This document shows, in pieces, positions 55,037-63,587 of a DNA stretch of 64,000 nt (position 1 is the stretch's first letter; every line of letters begins with the position of its first letter). Source of the DNA: a virus. The notes beneath the pieces are model-generated. The model did not search any database and had not been told where the DNA came from. It was given only the letters and a program-made list of their open reading frames with translations. A program made the translations under genes and the position numbers. The stretch is from IMG/VR virus record IMGVR_UViG_3300042888_001941, positions 1 to 64,000 of that record. One strand, 5' to 3'.

Positions 55037-55336
55037 TTAACGGGTGCCAGTAAATCCTTGCTTACGCAATAGGACTAATCTTTCGTCTGCGCCCATTCCT
55101 CCCCAAACTCCGTAGAATTCAGGTACACGTAAAGAATGCTCAAGGCACTGCTGCATTACAGGGCAAGCTTTACATATCTCTATTGCAGCTTTTTCTTTTT
55201 TCTTCTTTTGAACACTTCTTAAGTTGTGCTCTAGGAAGAATATCTCTGGATCTGCTTCTCTGCATGAGCCAAGACTCTGCCATTCCCATTCTTCATAAAT
55301 AGGACGCAGGTTATCTAACTGCGGATTGTGCTTCAT
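55037..55336 (-). CDS. whiB: WhiB family Fe-S transcription factor (WhiB3/WhiD-like)
   Basis: WEWQ..G.CR..D..FF..C..CPV..C..HSL.V.E.YGVWGG. Confidence 0.92.
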   Translation of the reverse strand: MKHNPQLDNLRPIYEEWEWQSLGSCREADPEIFFLEHNLRSVQKKKKEKAAIEICKACPVMQQCLEHSLRVPEFYGVWGGMGADERLVLLRKQGFTGTR

Positions 55337-55518
55337 TACCCTCCGGTAGAGAAGAATCCTCTTCCCTTAAATATAGTTGCAGGGGCACTATACACTCGCT
55401 TAAGGCTAGAAGTACACAACTCTTCACCACAATTTAATACATCTGGCTCAGGCTCTGTCATTCCTCGTTCTAGAGTTGTTGAATGTCCTTTTTCACATAT
55501 GTAATCGTAGAATGCCAT
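55336..55518 (-). CDS. FmdB-family zinc-ribbon protein
   Basis: YDY.C..H..C..C..L.RVYS..FKG.GF.ST. Confidence 0.8.
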   Translation of the reverse strand: MAFYDYICEKGHSTTLERGMTEPEPDVLNCGEELCTSSLKRVYSAPATIFKGRGFFSTGG

Positions 55519-55586
55519 ATTACTTTCCCTTTGGCTTTGATTTCTTACATCCGCATGTTGCGCACATATTATTTGCTCCTTATCCT

Positions 55587-57647
55587 TTAGTTTTTTAGAT
55601 TTTCTGTAATTAACTTAATTTCACATGCGTCTGTTGTGCAGTACGCATCTCCGATAGCATCTGCCGCCATTCCTGCGTAGACTCCTGAGAAGTCAATAGG
55701 GAATAACTTCATGATTGCATCTTCATACTCTTCCTCAGTAATCTGAGTATAAGGCATTTGAGGATATGTAAAGTTCCCTGAAGGCAAGAAGGACACAGTC
55801 TTTAGTTGACCGTCGTACATATGGAGAACTGTTCCTACGTGCTCAGCTTCCTTCTCAGGGTCAAAGGACACGGTCACAGAGACTGAGTTATCAGACCAGT
55901 AGCGCTGTGCGGTTGCGGCAAGAGACATCTTCTCAAAGATAGTGACGTCTTTCTCTGCGCGCTCTGCAAGTGACTTAATTGGAAAGAACACAACGCTTGT
56001 TGTATCTGGAGACTCAGATGCTGGCTCAATACGGTAGTTAGCCATCTTGAAAAGAGGAAGCATTGGATCTGAATTAGCAAAGCGAATAGCGCGGTTAAAG
56101 AACTTACCACCTACTGTCCAGTGAACTCCTGGTGACTCGCCAGCAAGAATTGACACTGTGCCTGATGGCTTAACAGTTGTCATCTTAATAGACTCACGAA
56201 TACCAAGCCACTCTGAATACGTATTGTCATACGCCTTAATGTGCTTGTAGCCTTCGTCCATCCAATCACGAAGAGCTGGAAGCCCTACGCGGTCTGCGAA
56301 GTTTGCAACGCCTGACATCGAGGTTCCAATGCGGCGGTTACGCTGCATAATCGCGTTTGTTTCCTCCCAGTGTGTAGGGAGAAGGGTTACGGTCTTAGCG
56401 TAAAGGTAAGCAAACTTTAAGGTGCGCTTATAGTCTTCAAGGTTGTCATGACGATTTAGATATGTCTCAACAAGTGTGCAGCACTCATATGATTCAAGCG
56501 ATTGCTCTGCGCAAGGGTTGTATCCTGCAATACGCCAGTCCTTGTTGTTGATTGGGTCAGCTAGGCGTCCGTACTTCTTTGATACGTCCATCCAAATAAC
56601 TCCAGGCTCACCATTAAGCGCAATGCCTGGAACAATCTTGTCAAGGTCTTGTCCTACAGTTGTTTCAACTGAGTTATTCGACATCCAGCCCCAGCCTGGA
56701 GCTTTAGGGTCATAGCTGTTTCGCTCTGGAAACTTTTCTGCGTTCTTAAGGTTTAAGAATGTGTCATCGTCTAGTCTACCGATAAGAAGCTCTGCACTGC
56801 GGCGTACATTGCCACTAACGACACAGACGCCAATGAGATTACCAATATCAGCGATATCAGTTCGCGTAATTTTTTCACCAGCACGTCCTTTGAATAGTTT
56901 GTGAATGTAGTTGTGTAAACGCTCTAATGGTTCATGTCCTGCGGCGGTTCCACCAAATGTTTTGATTGGGACGCCTGCTGGGCGGACTTCGCTGTAATCA
57001 AAGACTGGAGTCGTCTGATCTGCTCGTAGGTAAGCATTGATGATGAGTGTGAGTGATTCGACCCATCCTTCTCGTGTGTCTGGGACAACGTATGTCTCCT
57101 CTCCTTGTGGTGCGTATATTGTAAAGTCTTTATCAGCACCCTTATCGTCAAATCCAACACCAACGCCAAGCATTGACGCTTCCATAAGAAACGCAAAAGG
57201 ACGCGCAGGATTCTGCTTAGTCATTTCCATAGTTGACACAAACGCGCAGTTTTGAAGTGCTGCAGAGTTGCGTTGCTGATTTACAAGCGGAGTTCCCATA
57301 ACCCAAAGCCCACGGCCTGGCGGTGTCCACTTTAGCTGGAACAGACGGTCAAATGCTTCCTTAGCAGAAGCCTGAGCCTTAGCATCATTCCAAGGAAGAC
57401 GCTGTGACTTGCAGTGATCTTTCTGAATTGAGTACATGCCATTGATGACACGCTCACAGACGTCAGCCCAAGTTTCTTTGGTGCCGTCTTCTTTTAATCG
57501 AGAGTATGTACGTAAGAAAGTAATTTCTCCGACCGAGTTGCCTGCCGCATCTGTATAACCAAATGGAGCTTTCTTTGATTTATATCCTGCAACAAAGTCA
57601 TCGCTTAGGCGAAAAGAGAAAAGACTACTCACGTATGTACCCCACAT
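55587..57647 (-). CDS. nrdJ: Class II (B12-dependent) ribonucleotide reductase, monomeric RTPR type
   Basis: RTYSR, PPGRGLW, LQNC, GNVRRSA, NPCAEQ.L..CCTLVE, TTVKPSGT, C-terminal C..D.C. Confidence 0.93.
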   Translation of the reverse strand: MWGTYVSSLFSFRLSDDFVAGYKSKKAPFGYTDAAGNSVGEITFLRTYSRLKEDGTKETWADVCERVINGMYSIQKDHCKSQRLPWNDAKAQASAKEAFDRLFQLKWTPPGRGLWVMGTPLVNQQRNSAALQNCAFVSTMEMTKQNPARPFAFLMEASMLGVGVGFDDKGADKDFTIYAPQGEETYVVPDTREGWVESLTLIINAYLRADQTTPVFDYSEVRPAGVPIKTFGGTAAGHEPLERLHNYIHKLFKGRAGEKITRTDIADIGNLIGVCVVSGNVRRSAELLIGRLDDDTFLNLKNAEKFPERNSYDPKAPGWGWMSNNSVETTVGQDLDKIVPGIALNGEPGVIWMDVSKKYGRLADPINNKDWRIAGYNPCAEQSLESYECCTLVETYLNRHDNLEDYKRTLKFAYLYAKTVTLLPTHWEETNAIMQRNRRIGTSMSGVANFADRVGLPALRDWMDEGYKHIKAYDNTYSEWLGIRESIKMTTVKPSGTVSILAGESPGVHWTVGGKFFNRAIRFANSDPMLPLFKMANYRIEPASESPDTTSVVFFPIKSLAERAEKDVTIFEKMSLAATAQRYWSDNSVSVTVSFDPEKEAEHVGTVLHMYDGQLKTVSFLPSGNFTYPQMPYTQITEEEYEDAIMKLFPIDFSGVYAGMAADAIGDAYCTTDACEIKLITENLKN

Positions 57648-57712
57648 TTAGTTTAGTTTAGAAAGAATTTAGTAAATACATTATACTCAGTTTTAGAGAA
57701 AACTAGTATAGG

Positions 57713-57946
57713 CTACTCCGAAAGGAATAGTGACTCAAATAACTCTTTGCATGTTGGGCACACTGGGTACTTACTTGGGTCACGAGAAGGCACCCATATT
57801 TTGCCGCATAGAGCAACTACTGGGGTTCCCATTACGTATGACTCAGTTGCCTGGTCCTTTTCTACGTAGTGGGAAAACCTGTCTTTATCTTCATTAGAAA
57901 GCTTAGTATCTGCTTTAGTTTCAAGTACGGTGTCCGTGAAGCCCAT
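57713..57946 (-). CDS. DUF3039 protein
   Basis: FSHYV.K..G.PVVALCGK.WVP.RDP.KYPVCP.CK. Confidence 0.9.
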   Translation of the reverse strand: MGFTDTVLETKADTKLSNEDKDRFSHYVEKDQATESYVMGTPVVALCGKIWVPSRDPSKYPVCPTCKELFESLFLSE

Positions 57947-57991
57947 AATGCCTATATTAACTAATAAATCACCATGTGATACAGTTTTACC

Positions 57992-58672
57992 ATGAACAAA
58001 TCGGTTATTCTTCTACCATCCCGCGGTAGATCTCATCGCATTGATGAGTGCCTAGACTCACTTCTTGAGCACTCTACTGCGTCAGATATTGTCGTCTGCT
58101 TAGACGAAGACGACCATGAGAGTTATACAAAGCGCGACGGTGTTATTTACGACATCGGGCCTAAGCCAACACGCATTGGTCTTAATGAAAAGCTAAACAG
58201 AATGTTGCCTAAGATCATTGATAAATATGACTTTGTCCTTTGGGCAGCAGATGACACAGTTGCTGTGACGCACGGCTGGGATGCTCTTTTAGTTGAGGCA
58301 ATAAAAGACGTTCCACTTGGAATCGCGTATCCAAATGATCTTCTTCAAGGAGACAGACTCCCAAGTAACGGAACGTGTTTCGATATTAGGATTCCTAAGG
58401 TCTTGGGGTACCTAGCTCCACCGACGCTTTTTCACCTCTATATGGATAACTTTTGGAAGCTATTAGGTGAAGAGTTAGGTACTCTAAGATACTGCGAAGA
58501 TGTTATTCTTGAGCATAATCACTACACCAATAAAAAAGCTCCTGTAGATAAAACGTACGCATCAATCAACAGTAGAGAAATGTATGTTGCTGACCACCAA
58601 TCGTATGAAATCTATAAGAATCATGGACTTGCGGCTGATGTAAAGAAATTGAACGAATCACTTAATGACTAG
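57992..58672 (+). CDS. Family-2-like glycosyltransferase
   Basis: PSRGR, D.DD, ADD, GWD..L, HLY.DN.W..LG, EH.H. Confidence 0.75.
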   Translation: MNKSVILLPSRGRSHRIDECLDSLLEHSTASDIVVCLDEDDHESYTKRDGVIYDIGPKPTRIGLNEKLNRMLPKIIDKYDFVLWAADDTVAVTHGWDALLVEAIKDVPLGIAYPNDLLQGDRLPSNGTCFDIRIPKVLGYLAPPTLFHLYMDNFWKLLGEELGTLRYCEDVILEHNHYTNKKAPVDKTYASINSREMYVADHQSYEIYKNHGLAADVKKLNESLND

Positions 58673-59339
58673 AACCATAGGAATGCTTCCAGCGTCTGGC
58701 AGTGCTAGTCGCTTACTCGGCATTCCTAAATTCTTTCTTCCTATTGAAAACGGCAAGTCACTTCTCCACCGCCACGTTGAGATGATGGGTGAAGTTTGTG
58801 ACGAGGTGCGAATAGCTACGCGTGAGCGCTGGCGCCCTCTTCTTGAGGATCTTAAGCTTAATGCTGAGATCTGCTATATGGAGCCGTCAACAATGGCAGA
58901 CGCGCTTCTTAAAATGGAGCCACTATGGAACGATATTGTTGTTGGAATGCCAGATGTTTATGTTGGCGGGTCTAACCGTAACTTTTACGCAGAGATGCTT
59001 AAGCAAGAAGGTGATGTTGTTTTAGCGACATGGAACTACATTGAAGAGAAAATGAAAGGCAAGCTAGGTCAAGTTCTTACAGACGACTACTCGCGTGTGT
59101 TAAACGTTCTTGACAAGCACCCAACCTGCGAGTACCCAGAGATCTGGGGCGCAATAGTTTTCCGTAATGAAATGATTCACAAGATTGACAGGTCTGGCGG
59201 ATCAGTTCTCAAGAATGTAAATGACTGGATTGACAAGGGCGTAAAGGTCTCTGCGGTGAAGATTCCAGGCGAGTACGTGGACGCAGGAACAGTGCAAGGT
59301 CTTGTTGAGATGTATCGTTACGTAGGTAAATCACTGTGA
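58665..59339 (+). CDS. Sugar-phosphate nucleotidyltransferase-like protein
   Basis: LPASGSASRL.GIPK..LP, GMPD, Y.DAGT. Confidence 0.8.
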   Translation: MTRTIGMLPASGSASRLLGIPKFFLPIENGKSLLHRHVEMMGEVCDEVRIATRERWRPLLEDLKLNAEICYMEPSTMADALLKMEPLWNDIVVGMPDVYVGGSNRNFYAEMLKQEGDVVLATWNYIEEKMKGKLGQVLTDDYSRVLNVLDKHPTCEYPEIWGAIVFRNEMIHKIDRSGGSVLKNVNDWIDKGVKVSAVKIPGEYVDAGTVQGLVEMYRYVGKSL

Positions 59340-60007
59340 AAATGGAGATAGATGAATTCTTTCAAAAGGATCAAGTCACCTATTCACAGCTAAGGCAAGA
59401 TCTTTTTGCTCTGTACCATAAGCAAGACTCACCAGGATACTTTGTAGAGTTTGGTTCTCTTGATGGGATAGACACGAGCAATACGTACATCCTTGAGAAG
59501 TATCATGGCTGGACAGGAATTCTTGCAGAGCCACTTCCTCGCTTCTACGATGAGCTCCATCGCAATCGCGCATGCATCATTGATACCCGTTGCGTGTTCT
59601 CTCACTCCGGTGACGTTGTTCAGTTCGGTGAGGTCGAGGACTTCCCTGCGGTGTCTACTTTGATTTCTCATAAGGACCAAAGCAGTATGTGGAAAGAGAA
59701 GCGTCAGACGAATAAGATCCACGATGTCGTGACAGTTTCCCTTGATGACCTATTAGACGAGCACAATGCACCTGCGGTGATAGATTACCTATCTATCGAC
59801 ACTGAAGGATCTGAATACACGATTCTTAGCGCTCACAGTTTCAAGCGTCCGTTTAACACAATAAGTGTTGAATACGCAAACCAAGATGAGCGTCATAAGC
59901 TTTACAATTTACTTACGTACCACAAGTATATTCGGGCTCACGCAAAACTTTCCCAGTGGGAAGACTGGTACGTGTACGCACCTTGGTACGTAGAGAAGTA
60001 CCACTAG
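59336..60007 (+). CDS. FkbM-family methyltransferase
   Basis: SQ..QD, FVEFG..DG...SNT..LE, W.GIL.EP, IDYLSIDTEGSE. Confidence 0.88.
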   Translation: MKMEIDEFFQKDQVTYSQLRQDLFALYHKQDSPGYFVEFGSLDGIDTSNTYILEKYHGWTGILAEPLPRFYDELHRNRACIIDTRCVFSHSGDVVQFGEVEDFPAVSTLISHKDQSSMWKEKRQTNKIHDVVTVSLDDLLDEHNAPAVIDYLSIDTEGSEYTILSAHSFKRPFNTISVEYANQDERHKLYNLLTYHKYIRAHAKLSQWEDWYVYAPWYVEKYH

Positions 60008-60080
60008 AGCGAACGACGGGGTTCGAACCCGCGACCTGAACCTTGGCAAGGTTCCGCGCTACCAGCTGCGCTACGTTCGC
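60008..60080 (-). tRNA. tRNA-Gly(GCC), CCA not encoded
   Basis: Acceptor GCGAACG/CGUUCGC, D arm AGCGCAGCUGGUAGCGC, anticodon arm AACCU-UGCCA-AGGUU, T loop GGUUCGAACC. Confidence 0.95.
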
Positions 60081-60105
60081 ATTACGTTAGGTATACTATA
60101 TATCC

Positions 60106-60366
60106 ATGGCAGTTCCTGACGCGACACTAAAGGTCGCACGCGCAATATATGAATACGCAGGAGTAGATGATCTGCCAGATTGGAAAGACCTTCCCCCTAC
60201 GATACAGATCTCTTATGTAGAAGAAGCAGAAGCAGCTCTACGAGCAACCTGCGACCACATTAAGTATCTTGCCAGCAATATCGACGCTGATGACTCAGAT
60301 GAGATTCTTGTTAAAGGAACTCTCGTATCTGTGTCGAATTTATTAGATCCAAGAGTAAAGGACTAG
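60106..60366 (+). CDS. Hypothetical protein
   Basis: VARAIY..W.DL..Y..A; leaderless start. Confidence 0.6.
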   Translation: MAVPDATLKVARAIYEYAGVDDLPDWKDLPPTIQISYVEEAEAALRATCDHIKYLASNIDADDSDEILVKGTLVSVSNLLDPRVKD

Positions 60367-60367
60367 C

Positions 60368-60703
60368 ATGAACATCATTGACTCTTCTTCCAAAACCTTT
60401 GCAGATGACGTTCTGCTATCTCCTGTTCCAGTCCTTGTTGATTTCTGGGCTGAGTGGTGTGGTCCTTGCAGAATGATGCTTCCTATCTTACAGGAACTTG
60501 CGGCGGAAAACTTTCATTCTCTTAAAATTGTAAAGATCAACAGTGACGACAACTCAGGTCTTGCTGCTGAGTTAAGTATTCGCTCAATTCCTACAATGAT
60601 TCTTTTTGTTAATGGTAAAGAAGTTCATCGCGTAACGGGCGCAAAGCCAAAGCCAGCGCTTATGAAAGAAATCGACGAAGCACTAGGAGCTAACAATGAG
60701 TGA
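60368..60703 (+). CDS. trxA: Thioredoxin
   Basis: VLVDFWAEWCGPC, SIPT. Confidence 0.95.
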   Translation: MNIIDSSSKTFADDVLLSPVPVLVDFWAEWCGPCRMMLPILQELAAENFHSLKIVKINSDDNSGLAAELSIRSIPTMILFVNGKEVHRVTGAKPKPALMKEIDEALGANNE

Positions 60704-60790
60704 TATGGGTGTAATGATTTTGTCCTTCGCAAGCGCAGCCTGTGGCATGACGCTTATGTACATCTGGTTAAAGCACGGGAAGTAGCATTT

Positions 60791-61444
60791 ATGCGTGTTC
60801 TAGTTTTAGCAGCTGGAACCGGAGATCGCTGGGGCAACTATCGAGGAACTGCTAAACACTTTCTTAACGTTGAAGGTGAAGTTCTCATCGAGCGTACCAT
60901 CAGGCAGTTTTCTAAGTACACAGATGACATATTAGTCGTAGGTTCAGGTCTGGAGTACTCGTTCTCTAATACGTCGTTGTTCATACCTGCGGTGACAGAT
61001 ACCGACGTGCTACTCGGTGATATGCTTAAGTTTTATTCATCAATGCACCTGTGGTCGGACGTTAGAACCGTTCTTGTATTCGGTGACGTTTATTTTACCG
61101 ACGACGCGGTTAGCCAGATCATGTCGTCCGACCTAAACTTTACATTTCTTCTTCGCTCTAACTCGCAGGGACAGGCGGGAGGACGACGCGAGGTGTTCGC
61201 GCTTTCATTTAATGGATCAATGAACCAGGTTATATCCGATAATATACTTAAGCACATAAAGGGTCGCTCGGCCCCACGGGCAGGAGGATGGTTTTTATAC
61301 AAGTCCTTGGTTAGACCAAACTATATCTATAACAACAATCACATAGACATAGACGACTGGACGACGGACTTTGACTATCCTGAAGATGTTATCTTGTGGG
61401 AGACTAAAAGAAAAGAAAATGCCGAGCTAGAAGGCAATAAGTAA
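60791..61444 (+). CDS. Nucleotidyltransferase (LicC/MobA-like fold)
   Basis: LAAG.G.RW..KH..GE.LI.RT, FGDVYF, DFD.PED. Confidence 0.75.
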   Translation: MRVLVLAAGTGDRWGNYRGTAKHFLNVEGEVLIERTIRQFSKYTDDILVVGSGLEYSFSNTSLFIPAVTDTDVLLGDMLKFYSSMHLWSDVRTVLVFGDVYFTDDAVSQIMSSDLNFTFLLRSNSQGQAGGRREVFALSFNGSMNQVISDNILKHIKGRSAPRAGGWFLYKSLVRPNYIYNNNHIDIDDWTTDFDYPEDVILWETKRKENAELEGNK

Positions 61445-61445
61445 C

Positions 61446-61793
61446 TTACGCTCTTCCAAAGTCATCTTCGTAACGAATGATGTCGTCTTCACCTAGGTAC
61501 TCGCCTGTCTGTATTTCAATAAAGACAAGATCCTCTAAGCCTTCTGCCTCTACGCGGTGAACTTCTCCAACTCCGATTGACACGTAGTCTCCTGGACCAA
61601 GGTGCAGTTCTTGCTCGCCTAGCTCAACCTTGGCGTACCCCTGCGTCACATACCAATGCTCTGCACGGTGTTTGTGTGATTGTTTGCTGAGACGGCTTCC
61701 AACTTCAACGTGTATACGTTTAACTTGCGCGCGTTGCTCAGTGTGAAGGATTACATAAAAGCCCCAAGGGCGAACAAAGATCTCTTGCGTCAT
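61446..61793 (-). CDS. Cupin, mannose-6-phosphate isomerase type II-like
   Basis: RPWG.Y, KRI.V..G.RLS.Q.H.HR.EHW, IEIQTG.Y.GEDDI.R.EDD.GR. Confidence 0.9.
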   Translation of the reverse strand: MTQEIFVRPWGFYVILHTEQRAQVKRIHVEVGSRLSKQSHKHRAEHWYVTQGYAKVELGEQELHLGPGDYVSIGVGEVHRVEAEGLEDLVFIEIQTGEYLGEDDIIRYEDDFGRA

Positions 61794-61814
61794 ACATGAA
61801 CTGTATCATAAATA

Positions 61815-62040
61815 GTGAGCCGAGCTAGCAGCGGGCGACGGGACTTATTGCTACCCTAAAGGTAGCTCCATCATTCGACTACCCGTCCAATGTCTGAGCA
61901 TACCCGCTGCTAGCACTCAACTCTGTAGTTGGGACGGATGACAGTTGTACGTCTTGTCCAGGACGATTCGAACAGGCGGGGTGGGCTAAGGTTCACTTTC
62001 GTGGTGACAAGTTACTGATGGCGTCCCAGGCTGTGGCGAT
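61815..62040 (-). ncRNA. Two-domain structured ncRNA candidate
   Basis: Promoter copy at 62046; closing stems 61930-36/62022-28 and 61824-35/61903-14 with nested helices; no convincing ORF. Confidence 0.6.
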
Positions 62041-62057
62041 AATTAAATTATAACAGG

Positions 62058-62333
62058 TTAAGGCTGCTTAAGCGTATTTACCCAACCTACAAGAGACTCA
62101 AGGGATAGGTCCATCATGCCGTCTTCCCCTAGAAGGTCCTCAAGGCGGCCAATGATGTCGGACAGTTCTTCCTCTGTGACACCCGTAAGACGCATAATGT
62201 GTTCTTCCATAAGACCCATTAGCTCACGCATAAAGTCTATCGGCACCAGGGCAAGACCCTCTTCTTTCAGGTACTGCATTAGAACATCATCATCCCTATC
62301 AAAGTCAGGATCTATATCATCTTCGAATGCCAT
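62058..62333 (-). CDS. Highly acidic small protein
   Basis: 91 aa, D/E-rich; leaderless start. Confidence 0.6.
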   Translation of the reverse strand: MAFEDDIDPDFDRDDDVLMQYLKEEGLALVPIDFMRELMGLMEEHIMRLTGVTEEELSDIIGRLEDLLGEDGMMDLSLESLVGWVNTLKQP

Positions 62334-62436
62334 TGATAGATACTATCTTACAATAATCGCGGTGACAGTTTTACGTTTTAGCCCTTACGTGATATTGTTT
62401 ATTATATTAAATGACACACGACCAAAGGAAGATTAA

Positions 62437-63564
62437 ATGAAAAAGCTTATATCTACTCTCGGACTTATCTCTGCATTAGCATTAGTCGCATCACCTGCGC
62501 AGGCGCGCTGGGCAATTGACTATGACCCAGTCGGTTCTATCTTTAGAATGGTAGAAGATGATCTGCTCCAAACCAGAGCAGACGGTTACTTTGTTATCTC
62601 TGCAGAGGAGATTACGACTGCTAGAGAAGCCGCGCCTACAGCGCCAAGCAAGTATGCTGTTATCATTGGCGGTGTTGTTGACAAGATAGTTACGTGGGAC
62701 GGTTACAGTCCACACGCAAAGATTAAGGATAACAGCGTAGTAGTTAAGATCCCAGCTGAGGGCGGCGTTAAGTACGTTGACCCTAAGGGATTCATTCGTC
62801 TTAAGGCAATCACCCAAGGATCAATTATCTCTGTTGTTGATGCTCCAGGATCTACCATTACTCCTACACTTGTTGATATTGAGTATGTTCCTGTCGTTGA
62901 ATTACCTGAGGAGCCAGTAGGACCTGCGGTGACAGAAGCAAACTCTGCAGTTGTTGTAAGCCAATCCGTCGCGGTGAACAACTCGATTTCTCTTAACATC
63001 CAGGTTCCTGATGTTGCCAATCTTCCTTCAACGTCATCTGTATCTGTCTATGTTGTAACTGACGGTAGATCTACCACTGCTATTGGTCTAGCACCGTCAC
63101 AAACTGCGGTGACAGTAACAGACGTGCCTCAAGGACAAAACGTTACGGTTAAGACAGTGATTCACGACTCTGTGACGAACACTGAGACGGTTGTTTCCAA
63201 TCCGGTGATTGCTACAACGCCTGTTGCGGTTCCTGTCTCTACACCCGCTCGAGACGCCTCACATGACCTTGCTACAGTTGCTGCTCCAGTAACTCAGGCA
63301 GTAACCACTGATTCATCGGGCGCTCGTAGTGCATCTATCTCAATACCTGCGGTGACAAACTTCGATGGTAACAAGACCTGGGCAACCCTTATGGTTGTTG
63401 ATAAGAAGACAGGGTCTACCACGGCAATTGGAACTGATGGCTCAGCCCAGACTCTAGACGTTAATTCACTAGGGTCTAACAGTGACTATGAGGTTAAGCT
63501 TGTTCTCCGCGATTTAGCAACAGGACAAGAGACAACTATCTACGGTCAAACAATTACTAAGTAG
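62437..63564 (+). CDS. Secreted protein with two FN3/Ig-like repeats
   Basis: Signal peptide; two repeats containing STTAIG..V..V..D..T..ET. Confidence 0.7.
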   Translation: MKKLISTLGLISALALVASPAQARWAIDYDPVGSIFRMVEDDLLQTRADGYFVISAEEITTAREAAPTAPSKYAVIIGGVVDKIVTWDGYSPHAKIKDNSVVVKIPAEGGVKYVDPKGFIRLKAITQGSIISVVDAPGSTITPTLVDIEYVPVVELPEEPVGPAVTEANSAVVVSQSVAVNNSISLNIQVPDVANLPSTSSVSVYVVTDGRSTTAIGLAPSQTAVTVTDVPQGQNVTVKTVIHDSVTNTETVVSNPVIATTPVAVPVSTPARDASHDLATVAAPVTQAVTTDSSGARSASISIPAVTNFDGNKTWATLMVVDKKTGSTTAIGTDGSAQTLDVNSLGSNSDYEVKLVLRDLATGQETTIYGQTITK

Positions 63565-63587
63565 CAATTCTGTGCTAGTATTACTTA

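Noticed and set aside
20040-57647. Inteins or introns in terL and nrdJ; stop-codon reassignment
   Set aside because: Both genes are uninterrupted and of ordinary length, and genes pack tightly under the standard code using all three stops.
61955-61980. tRNA or Y-RNA T-arm at GUUCGAAUC
   Set aside because: The flanks give only 2 bp of T stem and no cloverleaf. Kept only as part of the ncRNA candidate.
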